In this document: positions 1-10,350 of the stretch, in pieces
How positions within the stretch are numbered: the stretch's first letter is position 1
Layout: the number at the start of each line of letters is the position of its first letter
Assembly: GCA_963662545.2 (NCBI GenBank)
Contig: CAXXLL010000003.1
Coordinates: forward strand, 2,910,395-2,974,394
Reading direction: 5' to 3'
Source of the DNA: Gammaproteobacteria bacterium
Lineage (GTDB): Bacteria; Pseudomonadota; Gammaproteobacteria; Ga0077536
Length of the DNA: 64,000 bases
Notes under the pieces: model-generated
Database searches by the model: none
Seen by the model: only the letters and a program-made list of their open reading frames with translations
What the model was told of the DNA's origin: nothing
Translations under genes and position numbers: made by a program

Positions 1-2
1 CT

Positions 3-62
3 TGAAGCACCAGGGGGGAGCCTCCAACGGCGTCGGCGAATTTCCTAAGTACCTATGGGTCT
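3..62. repeat. 60-bp direct repeat, copy 1 (copy 2 at 1131-1190)
   Basis: Ungapped alignment with 1131-1190 gives 48/60 identity by manual count; the terminal TAAGTACCTATGGGTCT is identical. Confidence 0.85.
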
Positions 63-272
63 GAGCCTCACACTTTTCGCGCTACGTGCGAGCGGTGCAC
101 ACCGCCCTGCCAAAGCCGCTCAACCCCGCTCCGGTTCGCGGGTCGCCTTGACGCCTCGAACCGTGTTGTTTGGGCTCGCGTTGCACTTGTACGTAGCAGT
201 AATGTTGCGAGTGCCCTATCGCAAGATGTGTCCCGGTTGCGGCGTCACCTGCCCACCACCACTCGAATGCGG

Positions 273-509
273 TAGCTACCCGTGGTTGTCAAGTTTCGAG
301 ATAGCGATGCGATCGCAGGTGCGCTCCTCGTCGTCCGCAACCGCCATCTCGGCCTTTTCCGCATCGTCTGCGACCGCCACTTTGGCAGCCGGCTCAGGCG
401 TCGGCCTCTCGATCGCGGCGGTTATAGCGGTCTACGGCGCAACCTGGTCATCGCCACAGGCGCTGATGAGCATGCCCGCCAGGCAAAGCAATACTCCACG
501 GCATGACAG
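273..509 (-). pseudogene. Degenerate tandem paralog of the small lipoprotein at 563-709
   Basis: Minus strand reads ..CRGVLLCLAGMLISACGDDQVAP*TAITAA..VADDEE, matching MLYRVVLLCLLGMLIGACDRDQ..ADDEE; same GGGAGGA RBS context; in-frame TAG at 432-434; no ATG start. Confidence 0.7.
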
Positions 510-562
510 GGCGTCCTCCCAGGCCGTGGGTGCAAGCGCCGGTGAGGTCAGGTGACTACCGG

Positions 563-709
563 TTAATCCTCTTCCTCGTCGTCCGCGGCAACCGGCTCTG
601 CTGGGGTCTCGGTCGCGGCGGGTGCGGTGGTCTGTGTCTCGGCCTGGTCTCTGTCACAGGCGCCGATGAGCATCCCCAATAGACAAAGCAGTACTACGCG
701 ATAGAGCAT
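563..709 (-). CDS. Small lipoprotein (48 aa), acidic low-complexity tail
   Basis: ATG at 709 with GGGAGG RBS; hydrophobic signal ending in lipobox LIGAC. Confidence 0.65.
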   Translation of the reverse strand: MLYRVVLLCLLGMLIGACDRDQAETQTTAPAATETPAEPVAADDEEED

Positions 710-825
710 GATGGCTTCCTCCCAGGTTGGTCCAAGTGTAAGGGCTGATGATGTCAGATGATTGCGGGTTAAGCATAACAGCGAAATCGTCTCGACCGAT
801 GTTTTTCGAAGGGCGTGTTGCCGCC

Positions 826-1069
826 ACCAACGCGATTGAGAGTCTGCACAGCCAGGTGAAAGAGCATTCGAAACAAGAGCCACTTCGCCAATGGTGAAGC
901 TGCTACCAAGCTGATCTGCTGGCATTGCGCTACATCACCGCGAAGTGGAAGAATCCACCGGTCGCTTGGCGCAAGGCGAAGGCGCAGTTCGCGATCCAAT
1001 TTGGAGAACGATTTACCCTGTACGATTGATCAACCCAACTGGCTCATACACAAAATTCCTGACACCACC
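826..1069 (+). mobile_element. IS256-family transposase 3' remnant with right end
   Basis: Frameshifted TNAIESLHSQV..ATKLI..ITAKWKNPPVAWRKAKAQFAIQFGERF*, followed by IS256-like end CATACACAAAATTCCTGACACC. Confidence 0.8.
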
Positions 1070-1130
1070 AATGCGTAGTAATTACCGTGGTCGCGCAGGT
1101 GAGGAGTTTCGTTCATGGGACCCGTCGGCC

Positions 1131-1190
1131 TGAAGCGATAGGGGGGATCTCCCAACGCCGTCGGCGTTTGGCTTAAGTACCTATGGGTCT
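1131..1190. repeat. 60-bp direct repeat, copy 2, with palindromic core AACGCCG-T-CGGCGTT
   Basis: Aligns with 3-62; followed by hairpin GGCGTCAAGG..CCCTGACGCC (~1222-1248). Confidence 0.85.
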
Positions 1191-1395
1191 CGTTGTCTCA
1201 CTTGTTGGGGCCTGCGCGCGAGGCGTCAAGGTCTGACACCCTGACGCCGCCGTACTGTGCAGGGCTCCGGTTGGTTAGCGTACGGGCATGACAACCTTCA
1301 CTTGACGGGCGGGGTAATCCATGGATATTCGGTGGCCTTCAACGCACGCGAATATGCTGTGACAGAAAAGATCAAACCATAACGCCTCGAATAGT

Positions 1396-1599
1396 ATGAC
1401 CTTGAGAGTCCTCATCCCATTACTGCTGTCACTCTGCATCGGTACAGCCCATTCGGAGACCCTCATCGGGCATCCTCGCGTAGTGGATGCAGATACGCTG
1501 GCGTTCGACAAAGGGCGGGTTCGGATCGAGGGTATTGACGCGCCGGAAGCGAAACAAACATGCAGGGACGCCGCCGGCAAGGAATATCTGTGCGGGGAG
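1396..1599 (+). pseudogene. Secreted thermonuclease (SNase family), truncated by IS6
   Basis: Signal peptide, then VVDADTL..RVRIEGIDAPEAKQTC..GKEYLCG; IS6 end GGTTCTGTCAG starts at 1600. Confidence 0.85.
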
Positions 1600-1886
1600 G
1601 GTTCTGTCAGGTTGGCGCCGGATCGCGGACAATTAACGCATGACAGAAGCTCCTAATTATCGCGGATATCGATTTCCGCCTGAAATCATCGCGCGGTCGG
1701 TGTGGTTGTACCCTCGTTTTACGCTCAGCTTTCGCGATATCGAAGACCTTTTAGCCGAGCGCGGCGTGACGGTTTCGTATGAAACTATCCGCCAGTGGTG
1801 TCTGACGTTTGGACCCGATTACGCTCGCCGAATTAGGCAACATCAGGGGCCTTGCGGCGACTGTTGGTTTCTCGATAAGGTCGTCG
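1600..1886 (+). mobile_element. IS6-family 5' fragment (distinct subtype)
   Basis: YRGYRFPPEII..LSFRDIEDLLAERGVTVSYETIRQW; interrupted at 1887. Confidence 0.85.
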
Positions 1887-3082
1887 TGTCGCTGGCGAAT
1901 TAATCGTCACGCCGCCGCCGGTAGCTGATAGAGGCCCCCGCAGTAGCTTTCCCATCGGTAGTTATTGAGGCGAACGAGCCGATTTTTCGTTGCGACCGTG
2001 AGCGCATACGGTGTAGCACCACTCAACACTCGGTGAACGCGCATGCGATTGTAATATTCCTGAAAATCACGAAGCTTCTGTTGCAGATCACGGGCGTTCC
2101 AGAACGGTACGAAATCGAGGAATTCGCGCCGGACGGTGCCGGCCAGTCTCTCAATGAACGGATGAGATAAAGGGACGTAGGGGACAGTCTTAATCTCGGT
2201 TACTTCCAGAACCCGAAGGTTCGTCTTCCAGCGATGGAATTCGAACAACGGATCGTTGTCACTGCTGAGATAGCGGGGTAGGACTCCTGATCCAGCAGTC
2301 GCCTCGTTGAACATGCAGCAGACCGCGGATCCATCGACCACCCCTGCGTGAATGGCGAAGCCAATAATCCGCCGAGTGAACTGGTCCATCACCACCATCA
2401 CCCAATGGGTCTTGAGGATCAGCGATTCGCATCGAAACAGGTCGACGCTCCAGAGGCTGTCTTTTATGTGCCCGAGGAACGTCAGCCAACTCGGGCCACC
2501 AGAGCGAGGCCCAGGATGGTGTTGCTTGGCCAGTACGCGGCGCACCACATCCTTATCAATCACGACGCCGAAGATAAACGAAATCTGCTCGGCGATCCGC
2601 CGGCAGCCAAAGCGTGGATTGTTTCGTTTCATCTCAACGATGGCAGCAATCAGCTCGGGGGAAGGTCCTTTCGGACCCGGCTTTCCACGGTGTTTAGGCG
2701 TAAACAGCAATCGATATTTGCGCTTCACGAGGGCTCGATGAAAGCCGATGATGGTAGACGGTTTCAGCACGACAGCCGTGCGTACGAGCCGGGCCGGGCG
2801 CATGAAGCAAGCACACAGTCCAGCTATGAATCGGTCCATGGGGCGCAGGTTCGGCGCTCGCCCGCGCGGGCGATTAAGAACCAGTAGTTGATATTTGACC
2901 AGGAGCGATTCTGCGACCACAGATCGGACGCCGCCAGGCCCCAGCAATTTGGCGACCGTCACAATGAAGTGGATAAATAGGAAAACCCCGTCTCGCATCC
3001 CACTATCGTATCCAGCAGGGCGATACTGACAAGACTAGGAAATTGCACGCTTTCTGTTCAGAATTGGAATTCGCCACCCACA
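1887..3082 (-). mobile_element. IS481-like element with rve (DDE) integrase-core transposase, CDS 1907-2998
   Basis: TGT..ACA termini with imperfect IR (TGTCGCTGGCGAATT / TGTGGGTGGCGAATT); DDE motifs WSVDLF, SDNDP, IERLAGTVRREFLD. Confidence 0.8.
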
Positions 3083-3378
3083 GGTCGAGGATCGTCAGAT
3101 TTGCGGTCAGTGGCTCAATAATAGAGCAGAAAACTCACACCAACCGTTCCGGCGACGGGAAGGAGCGATGGCCAGGTTCAGGGACATCAAGACCCTCCAG
3201 AAGTTTGCTGCCGCCCGCGCCTCGATCCACAATCATTTCAATCAGGAACGTCATCTTTATAACCGCGAAACCTTCAAACTCAATCGCTCCGCCGCCTTGG
3301 CCGAGTGGCGTCAACTTGCAGCCTGAGCGTCCTCGGTTGTTGGCTCTAATGCTCCGATCAAGTTAGTCTGACAATGCC
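3083..3378 (+). mobile_element. IS6 3' fragment with right IR
   Basis: NNRAENSHQPFRRRE..AEWRQLAA*; ends TCTGACAATGCC. Confidence 0.9.
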
Positions 3379-3535
3379 TCTCATGGTGCTCCCCGTGATC
3401 GAGGCCAGGGATTTCCAGATAGCGTTCCGGCGCCGCCGCGGCGCGTTCGCGCCCCACGCGGTTCTCCCCCGCTGGTATCCCGATTTTCCATCATGCATCG
3501 TCGTCGCATTCGTAGAGCCAGATGACATCGTCCAT
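3379..3535 (-). pseudogene. Possible UPF0158-like fragment
   Basis: Minus strand MDDVIWLYECDDDA*..PERYLEIPGLDHGEHHE, cut by the IS6 end. Confidence 0.35.
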
Positions 3536-3644
3536 ACGACAGTCGGGTGGTACCTCAGTTTGAAATCTCGCCTGTAATCGTACGACCTTAAATTCCGATC
3601 TGATTTCCTATATGCTTGCCGGTAAGCAATCGGAGGGCGTTTGT

Positions 3645-3857
3645 GTGACGGAAGAAAAGAAACGTAACCGCAAAAGCTTTGATGCACTCAAGAGTCAAGA
3701 TTTCACTATACGCGATGAAAATGGTCTTGTTGGACATCTTCGGGTCAAACCTAACGGAATTGCATGGAAAGCAAAAAACCAACGTACATATAACCAAATT
3801 TCGATTGAGCAGTTTGCCGAATTTGCCACTCGAGAAGGACGCACGGTAAAGAGTTGA
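3645..3857 (+). CDS. Small hypothetical protein (70 aa)
   Basis: GTG start with GGAGG RBS; lower GC than flanks. Confidence 0.6.
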   Translation: MTEEKKRNRKSFDALKSQDFTIRDENGLVGHLRVKPNGIAWKAKNQRTYNQISIEQFAEFATREGRTVKS

Positions 3858-3875
3858 TGCCCAAAGGACCCCAAG

Positions 3876-4418
3876 GGCATTGTCAGACTAACTTGCTCGG
3901 AGCAGTAGAGCCAACAATCGAGGACTCTCAGGCTACAAGTTGACGCCACTCGGCCAAGGCGGCGGAGCGATTGAGTTTGAAGGTTTCGCGGTTATAAAGA
4001 TGACGTTCCTGATTGAAATGATTGTGGATCGAGGCGTGGGCGGCAGCACATTTCTGCACGGTCTTGATGTCCCTGAACCTGGCCATCGCTCCTTCCCGTC
4101 GCCGGAACGGTTGGTGTGAGTTTTCGGCTCGATTGTTGAGCCACTGACCGCAAATCTGAGCGGCGGCATTACCGATCACATTCATCGCAGCCCGGTATGA
4201 TTTGAGCCGGTCCGTCACGATCACCTTTGGCCGGCCGTAGCGCTTCATTGCGCGTTTCAGAAACCTCAGTGCAGCCTTGCAATCCCGCTGTTTCGTGGCA
4301 AAAACTTCGAGTACCTCCCCTTCGTGATCGACAACGCGCCATAGATAATGTATCTCGCCGTTGACCCGGACAAACACCTCATCAAGATGCCAGCGCCAGT
4401 TCGAATAGGATCCATGAT
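3876..4418 (-). mobile_element. IS6 element, 5'-truncated by the adjacent IS6
   Basis: IR GGCATTGTCAGA at 3876; transposase ORF 3928-4377. Confidence 0.9.
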
Positions 4419-5223
4419 GGCATTGTCAGACTAACTGGGTCGGACCGGTAGAACCTGCAATCGAGGCCTTTTAGGCTGTAAGTTGACACCACTCAGCCAG
4501 GGCAGCGGCTCGGGCTTGTTTGAAAATAGCGCGGCGGTTGAGGTGGCGTTGGTGGTTGAAATGGTTATAGATCGAGGCATGGACGGCGGCGAATTTCTGT
4601 AGGGTCTTGATGTCTCTGAAGCGCGCCATTGCCCCTTCCCGCCTTCGAAAGAGCTGATGTGAGTGTTCTGCCCGGTTGTTCAGCCAACGCCTGGTCTCTT
4701 GGCAACCTTCGTTGCCGATCACCTTCATCGCAGCACGGTATGACTGTAGCCTGTCCGTGACGATCGAAGCCGGCCGGCCATAACGCTTCATCGTACGCTT
4801 CAGGAACTCAAGCGCAGCCTTGCGGTCCCGCCGTTTCGTCACAAAAACCTCAAGGACTTCGCCTTCATGGTCAACGGCACGCCATAGGTAATGTGTCTTT
4901 CCGTTGATGCGGACAAACACTTCATCAAGGTGCCAGCGCCAGTTCGAATAGGATCCATGATGAATGCGGCGTGTCCGGATCTCGGCTGCAAACAGTGGAC
5001 CAAAGCGGTTCCACCAATACCGCACGGTCTCATAGCAGATGTCGATGCCGCGCTCGAACAGGATGTCTTCGACTTGGCGCAACGACAGCGGATAACGGAT
5101 GTATAGCATCACCGCGAGGCGGATTACCTCGGGCGAACTGTTGAAATAACGGAAAGGATTGTGCATCACCGGAGGCTACGAGGTCTTATTTTTCAGCTCA
5201 AGCCGATTTACTCTGACAATGCC
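4419..5223 (-). mobile_element. Complete IS6 element, transposase 4471-5169
   Basis: Both IRs (GGCATTGTCAGA / TCTGACAATGCC); 232-aa DDE transposase [17 protein letters not shown]. Confidence 0.95.
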
Positions 5224-5504
5224 TTCTGGACATACCCGCGATGCTTTCCTTTTGTTTTCAGGTAGAAAATGATCGCGGTCAGGTTGCCCTGTTCAATAGC
5301 CTGCAGGAGCTTGTCCTCGGTCAGATCGACCGTGCTATCGGCGATTTCCGCGTCAATCGCCTGCAGTTTCGGATGGCGGTTGATGTATCGCGTGATCGTA
5401 CTCCGATCGCAGCCCAATAGCTCAGCCGCCGCCGTCTTAATGCCGGCAGTCTGGCGCAACGCGTCCGCAACGCGCCTCACTGTGAATCGTGGTTTGCCAG
5501 CCAT
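5224..5504 (-). pseudogene. Phage terminase-small-subunit-like HTH protein, 3' end cut by IS6
   Basis: Fis-like HTH (AAELLGCDRSTITRYI) then EDKLLQAIEQGNLTAIIFYLKTKGKHRGY, a motif typical of phage DNA-packaging small subunits. Confidence 0.6.
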
Positions 5505-5838
5505 TCTTTTAGGGCGTGAATTATGCGGCAGAATGCCGCCTCGTTTTGCCGCCGGCGTACGCCCTAATTCGGGCGGACTGTCGAACAATTACTAAACCGC
5601 TTCACGCCACGATATGTTGTGTCTTCACCTCGGTGTTCCCCGTCATGACCTGTAGGACAGATCGAGGTGATTGAGTAAGGGAGTGTTTCTGACCCGTCGT
5701 GGAAATTGTTAGTCGGCGCGCGGATTCTACGCCAATCGGCACGCTAACCAATTGATAGAGCTTGATGGCGAGAGGTTGAAGTTCAGTGCCCAGCAACAGG
5801 TATCATTTCTCGCGGCCACACAGGGAGATCGTCACAAC

Positions 5839-5970
5839 ATGAATAACGGCGATTTGAACTGGATCACGAGCCACATCTGGAGCATTGCTGATGACGTTCT
5901 CCGCGACCTGTATGTGCGCGATAAATATCGCGACGCCATCCTTCCAATGAGAATTATTGGACTTGCTTGA
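5839..5970 (+). pseudogene. hsdM: Type I restriction-modification HsdM N-terminal remnant
   Basis: MNNGDLNWITSHIWSIADDVLRDLYVRDKYRDAILPM matches the HsdM N-terminus and stops after ~40 codons. Confidence 0.75.
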
Positions 5971-6192
5971 CAGCCTAAGCGATATTGCTGAGGTGCACGT
6001 CTGACTCTACCGCGCCCATGAGGCGGCCCCAGACCGCAAAATCGATACCTATAACAACAATACTTCTCCGAGCATGGCTCTGTATCGCATAAGAATTCTT
6101 CATTGGCGGTGATACCAGATGCACCCCACATAGATCGGCCAGTCAGGCAGCAGATTGGCGAAGGGTTGATACCACCGCGTCGACTCGAGGAA

Positions 6193-7170
6193 ATGAACGT
6201 GTATGTAGCCTCAAAGGTCCGGCATTTGGGTTCATGGTTCGCTTTGGGAGCCGTGCTCGCCGTTGCGGCCAGTGTCCCAGAAAATACAGCCGCGCAAGAG
6301 GTGAAGAAGTCGGGATCGGGAATATGTCATTGTCCGGGCGGGCAGTTCTACGATCGCACAACCAACTACACGCCATTCGAAAGCATTGATGCATGCCTCG
6401 CCAGTGGCGGGCGCGAGCCGCAGCGCGGCCAAGGCACTTGCTCCTCGGTGCCTGCCACCGATTCCCCTGACACGAGTACTGGCACCGACAACGCCTCCAC
6501 GGACGTGGTAAAGAAGTCCCAATCGGGCATTTGCCACTGTCCAGGCGGGCAGTTTTATGGCCGCACAACCAATTTCACCGCGTTCAATACCATTGGCGCC
6601 TGCCTCGAAAATGGGGGGCGCGAACCGCAGCGCGGCCAGGGCACTTGCTCGACCGAACCGACCAACGAGCCCACCGCCATGCTCATTCCGGGCAGCTATG
6701 ACCGCAATATTTTCGGAGGATGGAGCGACGATGACGGCGACTGCCAAAACACCCGGCACGAGCGGCTCATCGACCGTTCGCTCGATGTTGTCGAGCTCTC
6801 CGACGACGGCTGCCTGGCGGTCTCCGGACGCTGGAACGATCCCTACACGGGCAACACGTACGCCGCCGCGCACGAACTGGACATCGATCATGTGGTTCCG
6901 CTGTTCTATGCTTGGGAACGTGGGGCTCGTCTCTGGGAGTCGGAAAAGCAGCGACGATTTGCGAATGACCCTGCAAACCTCTTGCCCGTTGGCACGACGG
7001 TCAACCGCTCGAAGGGAACCGCTGGACCGCTGGAATGGCTACCGCCTGCTGAGGAGTTTGGCTGCGAATACCTGCTGCGTTTCTCCCGTGTGATTGAACG
7101 GTACGACTTGACACTTCCCCTTGACGAAGTAGACGCCTTAGAGTTGCTAGCTGCCGAAAAGTGCGATTGA
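6193..7170 (+). CDS. Secreted HNH endonuclease (DUF1524-like) with two N-terminal Cys-rich repeats; start uncertain
   Basis: Signal-like segment; two VKKSxSGICHCPGGQFYxRTTN..ACLxxGGREPQRGQGTCS repeats; DIDHVVP..NLLPV..NRSKG HNH motifs. Confidence 0.8.
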   Translation: MNVYVASKVRHLGSWFALGAVLAVAASVPENTAAQEVKKSGSGICHCPGGQFYDRTTNYTPFESIDACLASGGREPQRGQGTCSSVPATDSPDTSTGTDNASTDVVKKSQSGICHCPGGQFYGRTTNFTAFNTIGACLENGGREPQRGQGTCSTEPTNEPTAMLIPGSYDRNIFGGWSDDDGDCQNTRHERLIDRSLDVVELSDDGCLAVSGRWNDPYTGNTYAAAHELDIDHVVPLFYAWERGARLWESEKQRRFANDPANLLPVGTTVNRSKGTAGPLEWLPPAEEFGCEYLLRFSRVIERYDLTLPLDEVDALELLAAEKCD

Positions 7171-7303
7171 TGGGTCCCAAGTGACGCCAGACACCGAGAG
7201 TAGCCCGCACGCTGGTCTCTGCGAGAGACCTCGTTTCATCGCAACAGCGACTTGGCAGTGACGCACCGGCACACTCACCACTTTTTTCGTGATCTCCTTC
7301 ATC

Positions 7304-8108
7304 GGCATTGTCAGACGAACTCGATCTGACCAGTAGAGCCAACAATCGAGGTCTCTCAGGCTGCAAGTTGACGCCACTCGGCCAAAGCGGCGGAGCGATT
7401 GAGTTTGAAGGTTTCGCGGTTATAAAGATGACGTTCCTGGTTGAAATGATTGTGGATGGAGGCGTGGGCGGCAGCAAACTTCTGGAGGGTCTTGATGTCT
7501 CTGAACCTGGCCATCGCTCCTGCTCGTCGGCGGAACGGTTGGTGTGAGTTTTCTGCTCTATTGTTGAGCCACTGACCGCAAATCTGACGACCCTCGACCC
7601 CAATGACTTTCATCGCGGCACCGTAGGAACCTAGGCAGTCGGTCACGATTGCTTCTGGCCCGCCGTAGCGCTTCATTGTACGCTTGAGGAACTTCAGTGC
7701 AGCCCTGCGATCCCGGCGCTTTGTGGCGAAGACTTCAAGCACCTCACCTTCGTGATCGACGGCGCGCCAGAGGTAGTGCATCTCTCCGTTGATCCGTATG
7801 AATACTTCGTCCAGATGCCATCGCCACTGCGAGTATGACCGATGATAAATGCGCCGCTTCCTGATCTCTGCGGCGAACATTGGCCCAAACCGGTTCCACC
7901 ACAAACGCACCGTCTCGTGACAAATATCGATGCCACGTTCGAACAGAATGTCTTCAACTTGGCGCAACGACAGCGGATAGCGGATGTACATCATCACCGC
8001 GAGGCGAATGACCTCGGGCGATGTCTTGAAGTACTTGAAAGGATTTTTCATTCGGAGACCCTAGACGGCATACTCCCTACACTCAACGCTGTTTCCTCTG
8101 ACAATGCC
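7304..8108 (-). mobile_element. Complete IS6 element, transposase 7356-8051
   Basis: Both IRs; intact 231-aa ORF. Confidence 0.95.
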
Positions 8109-8458
8109 CGACGGACTAAGCGACGACACCAGGACCAGAACGATAACCAACCAGTAGTGTCGTATGAGCGATTCGCTAAGACCGTGCATGGATTGCATGG
8201 TCTGGAACCCGAAGAGAGGGGGCCACAGAAAATTCGGTCACATTCGTGCGCGGTTTCCCTCAACTGGGTCTCCAACCAGACAGATCGGGGATGCCTGCAG
8301 CGAGCATCCTCGACCCTCGTCATTTCGGCCAGTAGCGGGAAGCGGCTTGTTAGTCTTCTTCGCCGATAGCAATCATCCCAAGGTCTTACATAAAGGACCA
8401 ACGAAGCCCGTCAATATTTCTCCTGGCCTCTCGTCAAGAATTCCTACGATTTGGCAGT

Positions 8459-9775
8459 TCACTTTGACTTAACTGCGTTGTCTCTGTTTGCTGTTATGGT
8501 TTTCTCGTTCATCAAATCAAAAATACAAAATTGTTGGACGTACCATTTGTCATCATCTGTTGGCATCCCGATCTCATCTTCCATATTCTCTCTAAACGCC
8601 ATCATCCCGAACTCTCCTTGAACTTCACCCCTAAGTGTTTTCCCATTCATCCTGACGACGGCGTCCGCACGTGCCACCGTTCCTTGCCGAACAGAGAGTA
8701 TCTCAAACGCCGTGAGTGCGACGAACTCCGTATCATTCCGCAATTGTCCTGCCAATTGGTTGATCGGGGTTTGTGTTTTGTTCAGCGCACGTTTTGCCAT
8801 TCCCCCAAAGTTGCGATCTTTCCAGCTAAGCAGAAATTTAAAAAATGCAAACTCGGGAGTGTTCTCGCCAAGATTTTCGTCAAATGGCCCAAAGGTTTCC
8901 GCAGGCGTAAACGCCTCCATTACGCGTTTATCAGCTTCTGCTTTACGGACCTGGGTTGCTAAATCTTTGAAGTTAAAATTGGCTTTCTCCTTGTGCGCAC
9001 GCATGCGATCTTCTTCACTGGATTTATCGTAAGCCCAATCCACTAGTGAGATCATCAAAAGCCAGGCTTTCATGCACACGGTACGATTTGCGTAGCCTAA
9101 TGATTGACCGTGTAAGATGCCGTTGCGGAGAGGTAGCGTTAGCTCGTCGTCGGACGATTTTCGTACCCCTTTGGTCACCAACTTAACGAGAGACGACAAC
9201 GAGTTGACATGGCCTGTGATTGAGTCAAATGCTGTGAGATCAGCATCTTTTGCAAACGGGCTTTTCCCCATGACATCCGAAGAAAATCCGTCACATGCTA
9301 TTAGAATCAGCGGAACCGCAGACATATACCTTTCTTCGAGGGTAAGTTTGAGCGCCTCACGAAGCTGTTCCCATCTATTCAACGCTTTGTTGAATTTCTT
9401 GGCGCGATTAATCGCAAACAAATTGATTGTATCTTCCTCAAACCATAAAACGATTTCGTTTTCCGCTTCTAGTTCCTTACCCGCCTCATAGAGTTCTAGG
9501 GCCCTTCGCATTGTATTCGCCGACATCGAGCTGGTGGCGATCCATCCTTTCTCGGCAAATGCATCGTTGAATCGGTCCGGAATTGTCAATATATCGGATT
9601 GTTCAAGGGTGTCTGCTGAAGTTTTATAAATACTGTCTAGCCTTTCATTTTTTATTCCTAATTTCCGGAGTAACCCGGAGATAATTTTTGCCAGACGGAT
9701 TACGGGTAAAAAATCTGACAACTCTTTCGCCGATGGATTGTCGGCGATACGTGGATTTTTTATCTCGTCGTTCAT
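8459..9775 (-). CDS. Hypothetical protein (~438 aa) with HEPN-like RxxxxH motif
   Basis: Long low-GC ORF; LRNGILHG preceded by helical ..YMSAVPLILIACDG segment. Confidence 0.7.
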   Translation of the reverse strand: MNDEIKNPRIADNPSAKELSDFLPVIRLAKIISGLLRKLGIKNERLDSIYKTSADTLEQSDILTIPDRFNDAFAEKGWIATSSMSANTMRRALELYEAGKELEAENEIVLWFEEDTINLFAINRAKKFNKALNRWEQLREALKLTLEERYMSAVPLILIACDGFSSDVMGKSPFAKDADLTAFDSITGHVNSLSSLVKLVTKGVRKSSDDELTLPLRNGILHGQSLGYANRTVCMKAWLLMISLVDWAYDKSSEEDRMRAHKEKANFNFKDLATQVRKAEADKRVMEAFTPAETFGPFDENLGENTPEFAFFKFLLSWKDRNFGGMAKRALNKTQTPINQLAGQLRNDTEFVALTAFEILSVRQGTVARADAVVRMNGKTLRGEVQGEFGMMAFRENMEDEIGMPTDDDKWYVQQFCIFDLMNEKTITANRDNAVKSK

Positions 9776-9809
9776 TTCATATTTCCTATAGCCTGCCCTT
9801 AAACGCCCC

Positions 9810-10350
9810 TCACTTATCACGAGAGACCCGCAAGTTGATCATCATGGTTGTGATTTCACTCAAGCGCTCGGCGCTCGTCAGCTGGCGTCTTGTTCTCAAG
9901 CGATGAGTGCGGCCTGACGTTGTTGTAATCATAGCGGCCGAGCTTTTGGCATCCGGCCCGTGCGTTCTACCTCTTCCCCAGAAAGGCTGGTGTCGGCCAC
10001 CAGGCCACGGTTCTCGCGGGCGCAGTCGTCGTTGACCATAAAGGTGTGGAAATCGGACGAAGCGCCGAACCTGTCCGACAAACGGATATTGGGCCGTAGC
10101 GGCACTATTATCAGTGCGCACGTGCCGCGCGCGTACTTGCGTCCCCGTCATCGCCGCACAGAAATGCCTTCTTGTGTAGCCGGCAGAGCTTTTTGTGGTT
10201 TATCGTCATTTCCTGTTATTAAAGCATCACACCGATCTGCCGACACCCAAACCGGTGGCGCTGACCTGCAATCTTTCGCATCTCCATTGCTGATCTCTCT
10301 CAGCACGATTCGGACCCTTCTTCGCTTTTTGCGCGGCGCGGCCATTCGTT
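9810..10350 (-). mobile_element. Highly degenerate IS3-family (IS407-like) orfB remnant
   Basis: Broken frames reading RFGCRQIG, NHKKLCRL, VNDDCARE..VADTSLSG, DYNNVRPHSSLENKTP. Confidence 0.7.

Noticed and set aside
55-555. 166-aa plus-strand ORF
   Set aside because: Antisense shadow of the lipoprotein pseudogene and non-coding hairpins
745-790. CTGATGA..CGAAA hammerhead-like words
   Set aside because: Required stems do not pair
8330-8360. CTAACAAGCCGCT on the minus strand as an integron attC start
   Set aside because: No matching GTTRRRY arm or integron integrase found
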